Origin: an uncultured Chloroflexia bacterium
GTDB lineage: Bacteria; Chloroflexota; Ktedonobacteria; Ktedonobacterales; JADMIN01
Direction of reading: 5' to 3'
DNA: 32,000 nucleotides
NCBI GenBank assembly: GCA_963718915.1
Contig: CAVRAI010000004.1
Span: 1,019,706 to 1,051,705 of the forward strand
In this document: positions 25,716-32,000 of the stretch, in pieces
Layout: each line of letters opens with the position of its first letter
How positions within the stretch are numbered: the first letter of the stretch is position 1
Notes under the pieces: model-generated
What the model saw: the letters and a program-made list of their open reading frames with translations, nothing else
What the model was told of the DNA's origin: nothing
Database searches by the model: none
Program-made: the position numbers and the translations under genes

Positions 25716-27191
25716 ATGGCGCTACGGAGTAACCTCGCGCTGCTGTGCTACACGGCTCCGGGCGCTCCTTTGCCCACGGTGCTGCAAGACTATGGCGCAT
25801 CCATCGAGGGGCTGGAGTTTACTACCGTCGCGCCTGGCGGGTTTGGCGATCTCGCCTGCATTGTCAAGCTGCCGGACTCACGCATCCCTCGCCCTGAGCT
25901 TGGGCTCTTCTCGCGCGCCGTGCTGAAAGATGGGCTGTTCACCGCGTTCAGTGGCGAGTGGGCTGACCCGGCCCTTGTCCTCGACGCGACGCATGGCGAG
26001 TACGTGCTCCTCTCCGCCCTCGGTGGCGGTGTCGCCCTACGCGATGATCCCGACGATAGCAACTATAGCCTGCAAACGGCAAAGCAGATCATGACCAGCG
26101 AATACAGCAAACGTAGCGCCTACCTTGCCCTCGACAGTGACCTCGCTGCCTTCCTGCCGACCAACCCAGCCGCAACCTTCTCGCCCGCCTACGACGGCTA
26201 TAACCTCGAAGAGATATTGGGCGACCTCATGGCGAACCTCGGCGACTACACCTGGAGCGTCTGGGATCATCCCACGCATGACGATCAGATGGGCCTGCCC
26301 ACCTGGCGACTGGAGGCGCATCCGCGCGATACCACCACGACGCACTACACCGCGTACCTGCCCGACATCCTCGCCTGGCGTGTCACACCCAGCGCGCAAC
26401 GGGCCTACAACGTCGTGCAGGTCTGCTACACCGATTCGAGCAGTGGGCCTGCTCAGGTGACTGTCTCAGACACACGGCTGGCGGGGAGTGGCGCGCAGAA
26501 CCTCGCGCCATTCCGCAGGCGCAAACTCCGGCAGGGACTCGGACGGATGCCGCTGACGAGCACGCAGGCCACGGCCATCGCCAACGCCTGGCTGGCGCAG
26601 TATCAGTCTGTCACCAACAAGGTGGAGGTCGAACTCTCGAACGTCAGAGACGGCTACGGCAATGTGATCCCGCTGCATCAGGTACGCGCCGATAGTAACC
26701 TCTACGTGCCTGAGTTGGCGGTCAGGGGCCAGCAGCTTTCCGGCGGGCCAGTGCCCGGCTCCAACCAGTTCTATATCGTGGAATCGAGTTACCGTGAGAC
26801 GGCCAGTGGGGATGTGCGTCTGGTGCTGCAACTGGACAACTATGCCGACCGGGGCGCCGCGCTCGTCTCGCAGCTCAAGCTCGCCTATGACGCCTCTAGA
26901 CGGGCGCGCGGCAGCATACAGCCAGTGGTGAGCATTGGCGCTCCGGTGATCGTCCCCTGCGGTGGGACATTCAGCAATCAGACGGCGGGTGCGACAATCA
27001 GGATGGTCGTGCCGTGGGGCGCGGCGCTCGCCAAAGCGCCAACCAGCGTCACGCTCTCCAGCGTGGGCAGCACGAACGCCAGTGGGATCAGCGCGGGCAG
27101 CCCAACGATCTACGGGTTCACGCTCTCGTGGACAGTCGTATCGAATGGGGCTACAGCAGTCAGCGCCGTCGCCACGAGCGTTGGGAACTGA
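25716..27191 (+). CDS. Phage structural protein, minor-tail / tail-tip-like, with a beta-sandwich-like C-terminus
   Basis: 491-aa intact ORF. Its composition and layout are like siphovirus minor tail proteins, and it sits upstream of tail-fibre-like genes. No specific family is recognised. Confidence 0.5.
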   Translation: MALRSNLALLCYTAPGAPLPTVLQDYGASIEGLEFTTVAPGGFGDLACIVKLPDSRIPRPELGLFSRAVLKDGLFTAFSGEWADPALVLDATHGEYVLLSALGGGVALRDDPDDSNYSLQTAKQIMTSEYSKRSAYLALDSDLAAFLPTNPAATFSPAYDGYNLEEILGDLMANLGDYTWSVWDHPTHDDQMGLPTWRLEAHPRDTTTTHYTAYLPDILAWRVTPSAQRAYNVVQVCYTDSSSGPAQVTVSDTRLAGSGAQNLAPFRRRKLRQGLGRMPLTSTQATAIANAWLAQYQSVTNKVEVELSNVRDGYGNVIPLHQVRADSNLYVPELAVRGQQLSGGPVPGSNQFYIVESSYRETASGDVRLVLQLDNYADRGAALVSQLKLAYDASRRARGSIQPVVSIGAPVIVPCGGTFSNQTAGATIRMVVPWGAALAKAPTSVTLSSVGSTNASGISAGSPTIYGFTLSWTVVSNGATAVSAVATSVGN

Positions 27192-27215
27192 GGAGCAGAG
27201 AAAGAGAACGCTACC

Positions 27216-27491
27216 ATGCCGATACCAGGGCCAATAGGCAGCACGCCAAATAGCTTGGGGATACTGCAAGCGATGCAGAGCACGATCATCGCCGAGGCGC
27301 TTGTCGCGTCCGTCTCGCCCTTCGCCACACTTTCAGCCGCCGACCAGTCACGCTACGGCGTCGCGCGCGCCGTCTTCGTCGGACGCCCGAAAGACCTGAA
27401 TGACGGCTATCTGCCACAGTGCAACCTCTGGATTCCACCCTCGGACGAAGCCGCCAGATGTCGGAGATCGTCGGGTATGTCGGACGGGTGA
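27216..27491 (+). CDS. Hypothetical phage protein (N-terminal part of a head-tail/tail-completion-like protein?)
   Basis: The ORF looks coding up to ...GYLPQCNLWIPPSDEAA; the last 12 codons look off-frame. The stop overlaps GTGATG at 27488-27493. Confidence 0.5.
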   Translation: MPIPGPIGSTPNSLGILQAMQSTIIAEALVASVSPFATLSAADQSRYGVARAVFVGRPKDLNDGYLPQCNLWIPPSDEAARCRRSSGMSDG

Positions 27492-27841
27492 TGTCGTGGA
27501 TCGAGGTCATTGGGCAGTGCTTCGTGGATATGCGCGCCGACTGGTACGCGGGCGAGCAGCAGATTCTCGCCATCCGTGACGCGCTCTGGCCCGTCGTGCT
27601 CAAACACGAACTCTTGGGCGCAAGCGTCGCCAGCATCGCTGAAGTGCAGGCGGAGGAAGGCCGGGGACTCTGTTACGAGCAGGTGGCAGGAGTTGAGTAT
27701 CGCTGCTTCGAGTGGCGCTGGCTGGTGCGTCAGCAGTGGCAATCGCGGGCGGAAGCGTCTCCTGATGGCTCCCTGGCTTTGCAAAAGGCGCGAGAAAAAT
27801 CACAAAAACAATCACGTACGCATAAATACGTAGTTACGTAG
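27458..27841 (+). CDS. Hypothetical phage protein (possible C-terminal continuation of 27216..27491 after a -1 shift)
   Basis: MSEIVGYVGRVMSWIEVIGQCFVDMRADWYAGEQQILAIRDALWPVVLKHELLG... Alternative coupled start at ATG 27491 (TGATG). Confidence 0.5.
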   Translation: MSEIVGYVGRVMSWIEVIGQCFVDMRADWYAGEQQILAIRDALWPVVLKHELLGASVASIAEVQAEEGRGLCYEQVAGVEYRCFEWRWLVRQQWQSRAEASPDGSLALQKAREKSQKQSRTHKYVVT

Positions 27842-27858
27842 TGAGGTGGTGGCGGACA

Positions 27859-28416
27859 ATGGCAGGCGGGACAACACTCAAGCTGGGGTATACGAACCCC
27901 CTTGACCGATACGTTTGGGGCGCATCCGATACTGGCACAGTGATTGACCTCAACGACGGCGCAACCTTCACGCTTGCCTCGCCAGAGGGGTTAGAGATGT
28001 CTGCCCCGCCGCGCTCTCTCCTCCTTGCCGGGAACATCCGCACGCAAGGCGAGATCGCCACGCGCGCCATCGTCCGGCACAATCGCACGGTGACAGCCAG
28101 ATTGATCGTTGGCCCGTCCAGTAGTAGCGCCGCGCTCATCGCCAGTATCCGCGCCCTGCTGGTCTGGCTCTCGGCTCCGCCACAGATCCCGATCACGCTC
28201 CAATATCAGCCATTCAACGCCAGCACGCCGCTCTATCTGGATGTGGTGGGCGCGTCGCACAATCTGCCAGCGGACGAGGGGCAATGGCTACGCGGCCAGT
28301 TTGAGCCGCTCACCCTCAGCTTCATTACCCGGCCAGGACTGCGCGGGGATCGCAGTGACCCTGCAGAATCTCGTCGCCAACCCTGGCCTCGAACAGCCTG
28401 GCGACTGCTGGCATGA
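27859..28416 (+). CDS. Phage tail component (distal-tail/Dit-like pattern)
   Basis: ATG 27859 follows GAGGTGGTGG. TLKLGY...VIDLNDGATFTL...RTQGEIATRAIVRHNRTVTARLIV...PLYLDVVG...LTLSFITRPGLRG resembles the siphovirus tail family layout. The last ~20 codons look off-frame. Confidence 0.5.
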   Translation: MAGGTTLKLGYTNPLDRYVWGASDTGTVIDLNDGATFTLASPEGLEMSAPPRSLLLAGNIRTQGEIATRAIVRHNRTVTARLIVGPSSSSAALIASIRALLVWLSAPPQIPITLQYQPFNASTPLYLDVVGASHNLPADEGQWLRGQFEPLTLSFITRPGLRGDRSDPAESRRQPWPRTAWRLLA

Positions 28417-28511
28417 CTGCCTTCCTGGACACCTTCGCGAATACGAACTTCTACGCCAGCCAGGCAGGGAGCGCGCCAACGGCAGGCTAGGTCAGCAACA
28501 ACTATCCTGAT

Positions 28512-29291
28512 GTGGTCATGGCGGACACGCCGCTGCGCTACTATCGCATGAGTGAAGCGAGCGGGACGACGGCCTATGACGTGAGTGGGAGCGGGGCGAA
28601 TGGGACGTACAACGCTAGCCCCACCCTTGGCTCGGCGGGAGCCATCAGCGGCGATAGCGCGGATAAGTCTGTGACGTTCAACGGGTCGTCGCAGTATGTC
28701 GGTGGCATCTCAGTGACCGGCATGCCGACTGGCAACGGGGTGGCCAGCATCGAGGCGTGGGTGTTTGTCACTGGCTCACCTGCCAGCAACGCGATCATCG
28801 CGGGCTATGGCAAAAGCGCGGCGCATCAGCGGCTGGGCATCTACATGGACACGTCGCGTAAACTGTACGCCGACACACAAAGCGGCGCAACCGGTGGCAG
28901 CGCAGCGGTCAGCATCAACGCCTGGCACCACGTGGTCGGGACGTGGGATGGCACGACGCTCATCTGCTACGTGGATGGCGCGGTGGGCGGGACCACTGCG
29001 ACACCTGGTGCGATGACGACCCCTGGCTCCGCAACCGCGATGACGATTGCCGTGGATGTGACCGCCGCTGGCTCCTGGTTCCCTGGTCGCATTGATGAAG
29101 TCGCGTACTACGGCGCCTGTCTCTCCTCGACGCGGATCACCGCCCACTACAATGCGGGCAACGCGGGCACCGGCATGGGGACCATGACCAACGCGCTGAC
29201 CCTCGCCTCGGGTGCGCGTATCAGTTTGGCAGTCCAGCCTGGGCTGCGCTCAACACCTGGCAGGCACGCTTCCGGTTCACGTCGGGCATGA
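28512..29291 (+). CDS. LamG/concanavalin-A-like lectin domain fragment of the tail-fibre gene
   Basis: ADTPLRYYRMSEASGTTAYDVSGSGANGTY...SVTFNGSSQYV...SIEAWVF...AWHHVVGTWDGTTLICYVDG...GRIDEVAYYGACLS is the Laminin_G_3-type pattern. The final ~25 codons look off-frame. Confidence 0.7.
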   Translation: MVMADTPLRYYRMSEASGTTAYDVSGSGANGTYNASPTLGSAGAISGDSADKSVTFNGSSQYVGGISVTGMPTGNGVASIEAWVFVTGSPASNAIIAGYGKSAAHQRLGIYMDTSRKLYADTQSGATGGSAAVSINAWHHVVGTWDGTTLICYVDGAVGGTTATPGAMTTPGSATAMTIAVDVTAAGSWFPGRIDEVAYYGACLSSTRITAHYNAGNAGTGMGTMTNALTLASGARISLAVQPGLRSTPGRHASGSRRA

Positions 29292-29662
29292 CGGGAAGAT
29301 GGTATCTCCACTACACGGATGCCAGCAACTATCTGCGCGCCAGTATCACTGGGACGGCGCTCACGCTCGAACACACGATAGCGACCGTCACAACGACGCT
29401 GGCGACGACGACGATCTCGTTGGCCTCGAATGTCTGGTACTGGCTGCGCCTCACACAGTTCCCCGCCGCGCCCAATGAGGTTGCCGATGTGCAAGCGGTG
29501 ATTCTCACCGATGGCAATACCCCTGGAACGGTGGGGGCGTCCCTCTTCACCGCCGGGCCAATCCCGACACAGGATGCCGTCACCGCGCTCTCAGGGCGGC
29601 CACAGATTGAAGCCAGCGGCGCATCGCTCATCCTTGGTGGGCCATACTCGCAACGTCCATAG
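29288..29662 (+). CDS. Tail-fibre fragment (frame continues upstream to ~29216)
   Basis: RWYLHYTDASNYLRASITGTALTLEHT...WYWLRLTQFP looks coding. The terminal TAG at 29660 is a consequence of the next frame change. Confidence 0.45.
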   Translation: MTGRWYLHYTDASNYLRASITGTALTLEHTIATVTTTLATTTISLASNVWYWLRLTQFPAAPNEVADVQAVILTDGNTPGTVGASLFTAGPIPTQDAVTALSGRPQIEASGASLILGGPYSQRP

Positions 29663-30359
29663 CGTCAGCCTGTTTGGGCCGGGTGGCTGGCAACTCGACC
29701 CATCCTCCGGCACGCCAGTGGGATCAGCAGCCTGGGAAGGGCAAGGACAGTCCAGCGCCAACACGTACCCTAGCGGGCCAGTGAGCAGCTATGGCGCCGG
29801 TCGATTCGACGCGCCACCCACAGCCGCATGGGATGTCCTGTACCACGGCTACAACGGCGGGACGCCTACGGGGACGTGGGCCATCCCCTGCTCGCCCTCA
29901 CAGCAGATGGCAGGCTCGCTCTACGTCAAGAGCAACGGCCTGGCAGGCTCGGCCTCACTCTCGCTCGTCTTGCGCGAATTCGACGCCAGCGGCTCGCTGC
30001 TGCGCTCCAGCACCCTCGCCACAGTCAGCGGCAACCAAGTCAGCTGGACACAACTGGCCGGGACAGCCACCACCGGGGCTTCGTGCGCGTACGTGGATCT
30101 CGCGCTCCGCGCCCTCGACGCCACATCCGCCAGCGCCAACGGCACGTCTGGCTGGACAACGCCCAACTGTGGAACAAGACGCAACTTGCCGCGGATGTCC
30201 AGCATGCCGTGGTGCGATCTCCGCGCCGCCGTCTCGCCTGCCATGCTGGTCGTCTCAGGACTCGTTGGCGACCTGCCTGCGCCGTGCTATCGTGGCTCTT
30301 GGCACATACGTCGCCTCACTGCCACAGAGCGGCGCCCTGAGCCTCTACGTGGGCCGTAA
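29511..30359 (+). CDS. Tail-fibre fragment with a CBM-like beta-sandwich; only ~29652-30146 of this ORF looks coding
   Basis: SLFGPGGWQLDPSSG...SLYVKSNGLAGSASLSLVLREFDASGSLL...VSWTQLAGTATTGASCAYVDLALRA. The expected VWLDNAQLWN ending is in the -1 frame. Confidence 0.45.
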   Translation: MAIPLERWGRPSSPPGQSRHRMPSPRSQGGHRLKPAAHRSSLVGHTRNVHSVSLFGPGGWQLDPSSGTPVGSAAWEGQGQSSANTYPSGPVSSYGAGRFDAPPTAAWDVLYHGYNGGTPTGTWAIPCSPSQQMAGSLYVKSNGLAGSASLSLVLREFDASGSLLRSSTLATVSGNQVSWTQLAGTATTGASCAYVDLALRALDATSASANGTSGWTTPNCGTRRNLPRMSSMPWCDLRAAVSPAMLVVSGLVGDLPAPCYRGSWHIRRLTATERRPEPLRGP

Positions 30360-31056
30360 GGCGATCACCAGCCCACGCGCGCAACTGGTCGGCGTCAGCT
30401 ACGGCGCATTCAGCGCAGCCTTCTCGCCGCAAGGGTTTCGCGCAACTGGACGGAGCGAGCTACGGCGGGTTCGACTCGCTACGCGAGTGTCGGCTCAGGG
30501 GGCTGGAATCCACGCGCCTTCTCGCTGCTCGCCTCGGATGCCGCAGGTATCTATCACTTGCTGGCCAGAGTCAAGACGGCGCAGATCGTGGGCAACCTGG
30601 GCAGCATCACCCTACGAGCGGTGAGCACCCAGCAGACGGATGCCTGGTTCAATCAGGTGGGTGGGGCGGATGTGGTCAGCACCTGGAACGGCGCGTATGT
30701 GACGCCGTTCGCAGCAGCAGAATGTCTGGACAATCGCCGATGCCGGGCAGTGCAATCTGCCGTCCTTCCCACAGGGTGCGCTGAATGATCCCACGCAGTT
30801 GTACCTCATCCCACGCGCACAGTGGCAGGACACGAGCGGCAGCCCGCAGAATGGCTACACCAACTGGCAGGCGCTCTTGCCCATAGATGGCTAGCTGCTC
30901 GTCGCCACGGTCAATAACCCTAGCAATAGCGCCGGGGCGATCACGAATAGCTGGCTGTGGACGTATGCGGATGGGCTGCTACTGAATCGGTCGGGGGCGT
31001 CAGATGGGCCGTCATGGACGTACAGCATCGAGACGAAGGCGCAGCCGAACCCAGCG

Positions 31057-31269
31057 GTGGGCGCTGGTGGAGCGGGGACACCATCCAGCGGGTCAATCAA
31101 CGTCAATAGCGGGGCTGATCCTGCGCTGACGGTAGACCCTTCTCAAATCGGCGCAAACAATAACGTCGGGGTCAACCAGCTCGTCGCCATCGTCAGCGAT
31201 CAGGCGGGCGGGGTGTATCCGTGCTTTGGCGAGGTCAGTTACTCGCCGCTGTATCTCGAACCACGGTAG
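31057..31269 (+). CDS. C-terminal tail-fibre fragment (same frame open-looking from ~30721, interrupted by TAG 30892-30894)
   Basis: ...GSINVNSGADPALTVDPSQIGANNNVGVNQLVAIVSDQAGGVYPCFGEVSYSPLYLEPR. Confidence 0.45.
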   Translation: MGAGGAGTPSSGSINVNSGADPALTVDPSQIGANNNVGVNQLVAIVSDQAGGVYPCFGEVSYSPLYLEPR

Positions 31270-31315
31270 GAGGGGGTATAATTGACCATGAAAAGAAACA
31301 CAGGAGAATCGTTCC

Positions 31316-31609
31316 ATGAGCACACGCTACCATAAGCAGTCAGAGCGTCCGCGCTTCCTACGCCTCGTAGACAGCCACGGCAAAGAGAGCAACGCCTATC
31401 TGACCGCCAGCGCTGAGACTATCGAGAACGATCCTGGGCCTGTGCCTGAACCAGTGGAGGATGGCGAGCGGAGCCACGAAGCCAGCACGATCATCGGCAA
31501 TGCCGTGGCGCATGCCGCGATGTCGTGGGTAGCGTGTTGCCAGGAGAAGCAGGGTGTGACGTGTCTCGGTGGCGCCAGCTTGGCGGTGGGGTCTTCGATG
31601 CCGAGGTGA
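31316..31609 (+). CDS. Hypothetical small protein
   Basis: ORF with an acidic, plausible N-terminal two-thirds. The downstream -1 frame (31570-31704, WRQLGGGVFDAEVTTADGRSTFLRVTLILERG...) also looks coding, so a further frame break is possible. Confidence 0.35.
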   Translation: MSTRYHKQSERPRFLRLVDSHGKESNAYLTASAETIENDPGPVPEPVEDGERSHEASTIIGNAVAHAAMSWVACCQEKQGVTCLGGASLAVGSSMPR

Positions 31610-31741
31610 CGACGGCGGATGGACGCTCCACCTTCCTGCGGGTAACGCTGATCCTCGAACGTGGGCCGCGACTGCGCACCAGCGTCGAGCCGATACACCC
31701 CTGAGCCATCCGTGACAGGAGAGATGCGGCGCTTTCAATCC

Positions 31742-31796
31742 CGGTTTGGGCTTCCCTGCCATACAACCCTGGATTGATTGAGAGAAGCCCAAACCG
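31742..31796. other. 13-bp perfect-stem hairpin, first of four consecutive GC-rich hairpins (to ~31878)
   Basis: CGGTTTGGGCTTC (31742-31754) pairs with GAAGCCCAAACCG (31784-31796). Further 6-7 bp stems lie at 31802-31818, 31832-31854 and 31862-31878. Confidence 0.6.
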
Positions 31797-32000
31797 TGCC
31801 GGGCGCACTGGATGCGCCGCCGTTAGGCATAGCGCCCGCGCTCTGCCCGGGCGCCTATCGTCGGCGCAGGACGCGCCGGGAGAGCCACCCAAGTTGCTCG
31901 GAGAGGGATCGCGCGTATGGTCGCCAGATGCGGAAACCTTGGGGCATAAAAGTGTAGTTTAGGTCGCGCTCGCCAGTTCGGTTGCCTCACGGAAACGTCA

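Larger units (their letters stand above)
28355..31269 (+). pseudogene. Tail-fibre / receptor-binding protein gene(s) (LamG-like and CBM-like jelly-roll domains) disrupted by about 9 frame changes and 2 in-frame TAG codons
   Basis: The coding-looking sequence hops frames. The pieces are: MTLQNLVANPGLEQPG; AGMTAFLDTFANTNFYASQAGSAPTAG-TAG-VSNNYPDVVMADTPLRYYRMSEASG...; YQFGSPAWAALNTWQARFRF...; NVHSVSLFGPGGWQLD...ANGT; VWLDNAQLWNKT; MPWCDLRAAVSPAMLVVSGLVGDLPAP; AIVALGTYVASLPQSG...; FAQLDGASYGGFDS; YASVGSGGWNPRAF...; NVWTIADAGQCNLPSF...PIDG-TAG-LLVATVNNPSN...YLEPR. No frame on either strand is open across this span. Confidence 0.7.
21034..32000. mobile_element. Integrated phage-derived element (prophage or prophage remnant), right end beyond the window
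   Basis: Starts at the tRNA-Trp 3' fragment. Contains initiator/iterons, a DnaC-like loader, ASCH, a DpdA-like gene and tail/tail-fibre-like genes, all on the plus strand with ATGA/TGATG coupling. The tail-fibre part carries many frame disruptions. Confidence 0.8.

Noticed and set aside
28488-30894. Stop-codon recoding (TAG read as an amino acid) as the explanation for the interrupted tail-fibre gene.
   Set aside because: TAG terminates apparently complete genes in the same element (24626-24628, 27839-27841). Recoding cannot explain the ~9 frame changes. No suppressor tRNA is visible.
31057-32000. Diversity-generating retroelement (VR/TR pair, Avd, reverse transcriptase) targeting the fibre C-terminus.
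   Set aside because: I could not find any repeat of the 31100-31270 segment downstream. No RT motifs (YxDD) occur in any frame in the remaining sequence.

Overview
The window is moderately GC-rich bacterial DNA. All family calls come from motif recognition by eye, with no database search. It splits into two parts.

(1) Bases 1-21030 look like ordinary chromosome:
- the 3' part of a sugar transferase gene
- an orphan OmpR-type response regulator
- a form-I aerobic CO dehydrogenase cluster in the order coxM-coxS-coxL-coxG-xdhC/coxI. CoxL carries the diagnostic VAYRCSFR active-site loop, and the XdhC/CoxI-like protein ends in a fused YHS-type metal-binding domain.
- a five-gene Dpp/Opp-type ABC importer on the minus strand
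- an amino-sugar/MurNAc catabolic locus: SIS-type NagB-II candidate, nagA, GntR/HutC regulator, murQ, BadF-type sugar kinase and GH3 nagZ. NagR/DasR-like TGGTCTATACCA operators sit in both divergent promoter regions.

(2) Bases ~21034 to the window end are a phage-derived integrated element:
- It is bounded by a 47-nt 3' fragment of tRNA-Trp(CCA), which looks like an att scar.
- It carries a replication-initiator-like gene with phased CCGCARAT iterons inside it, a DnaC-type loader, an ASCH protein and a TGT-superfamily DpdA-like protein (candidate DNA 7-deazaguanine transglycosylase).
- The tail/tail-fibre module that follows is riddled with frame changes and has two in-frame TAG codons.
- No terminase, portal, capsid or integrase gene is visible. 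The element runs off the right edge of the window.

Most noteworthy are the DpdA-like gene, the in-gene iteron array, the XdhC-YHS fusion and the localized frame-disruption cluster.
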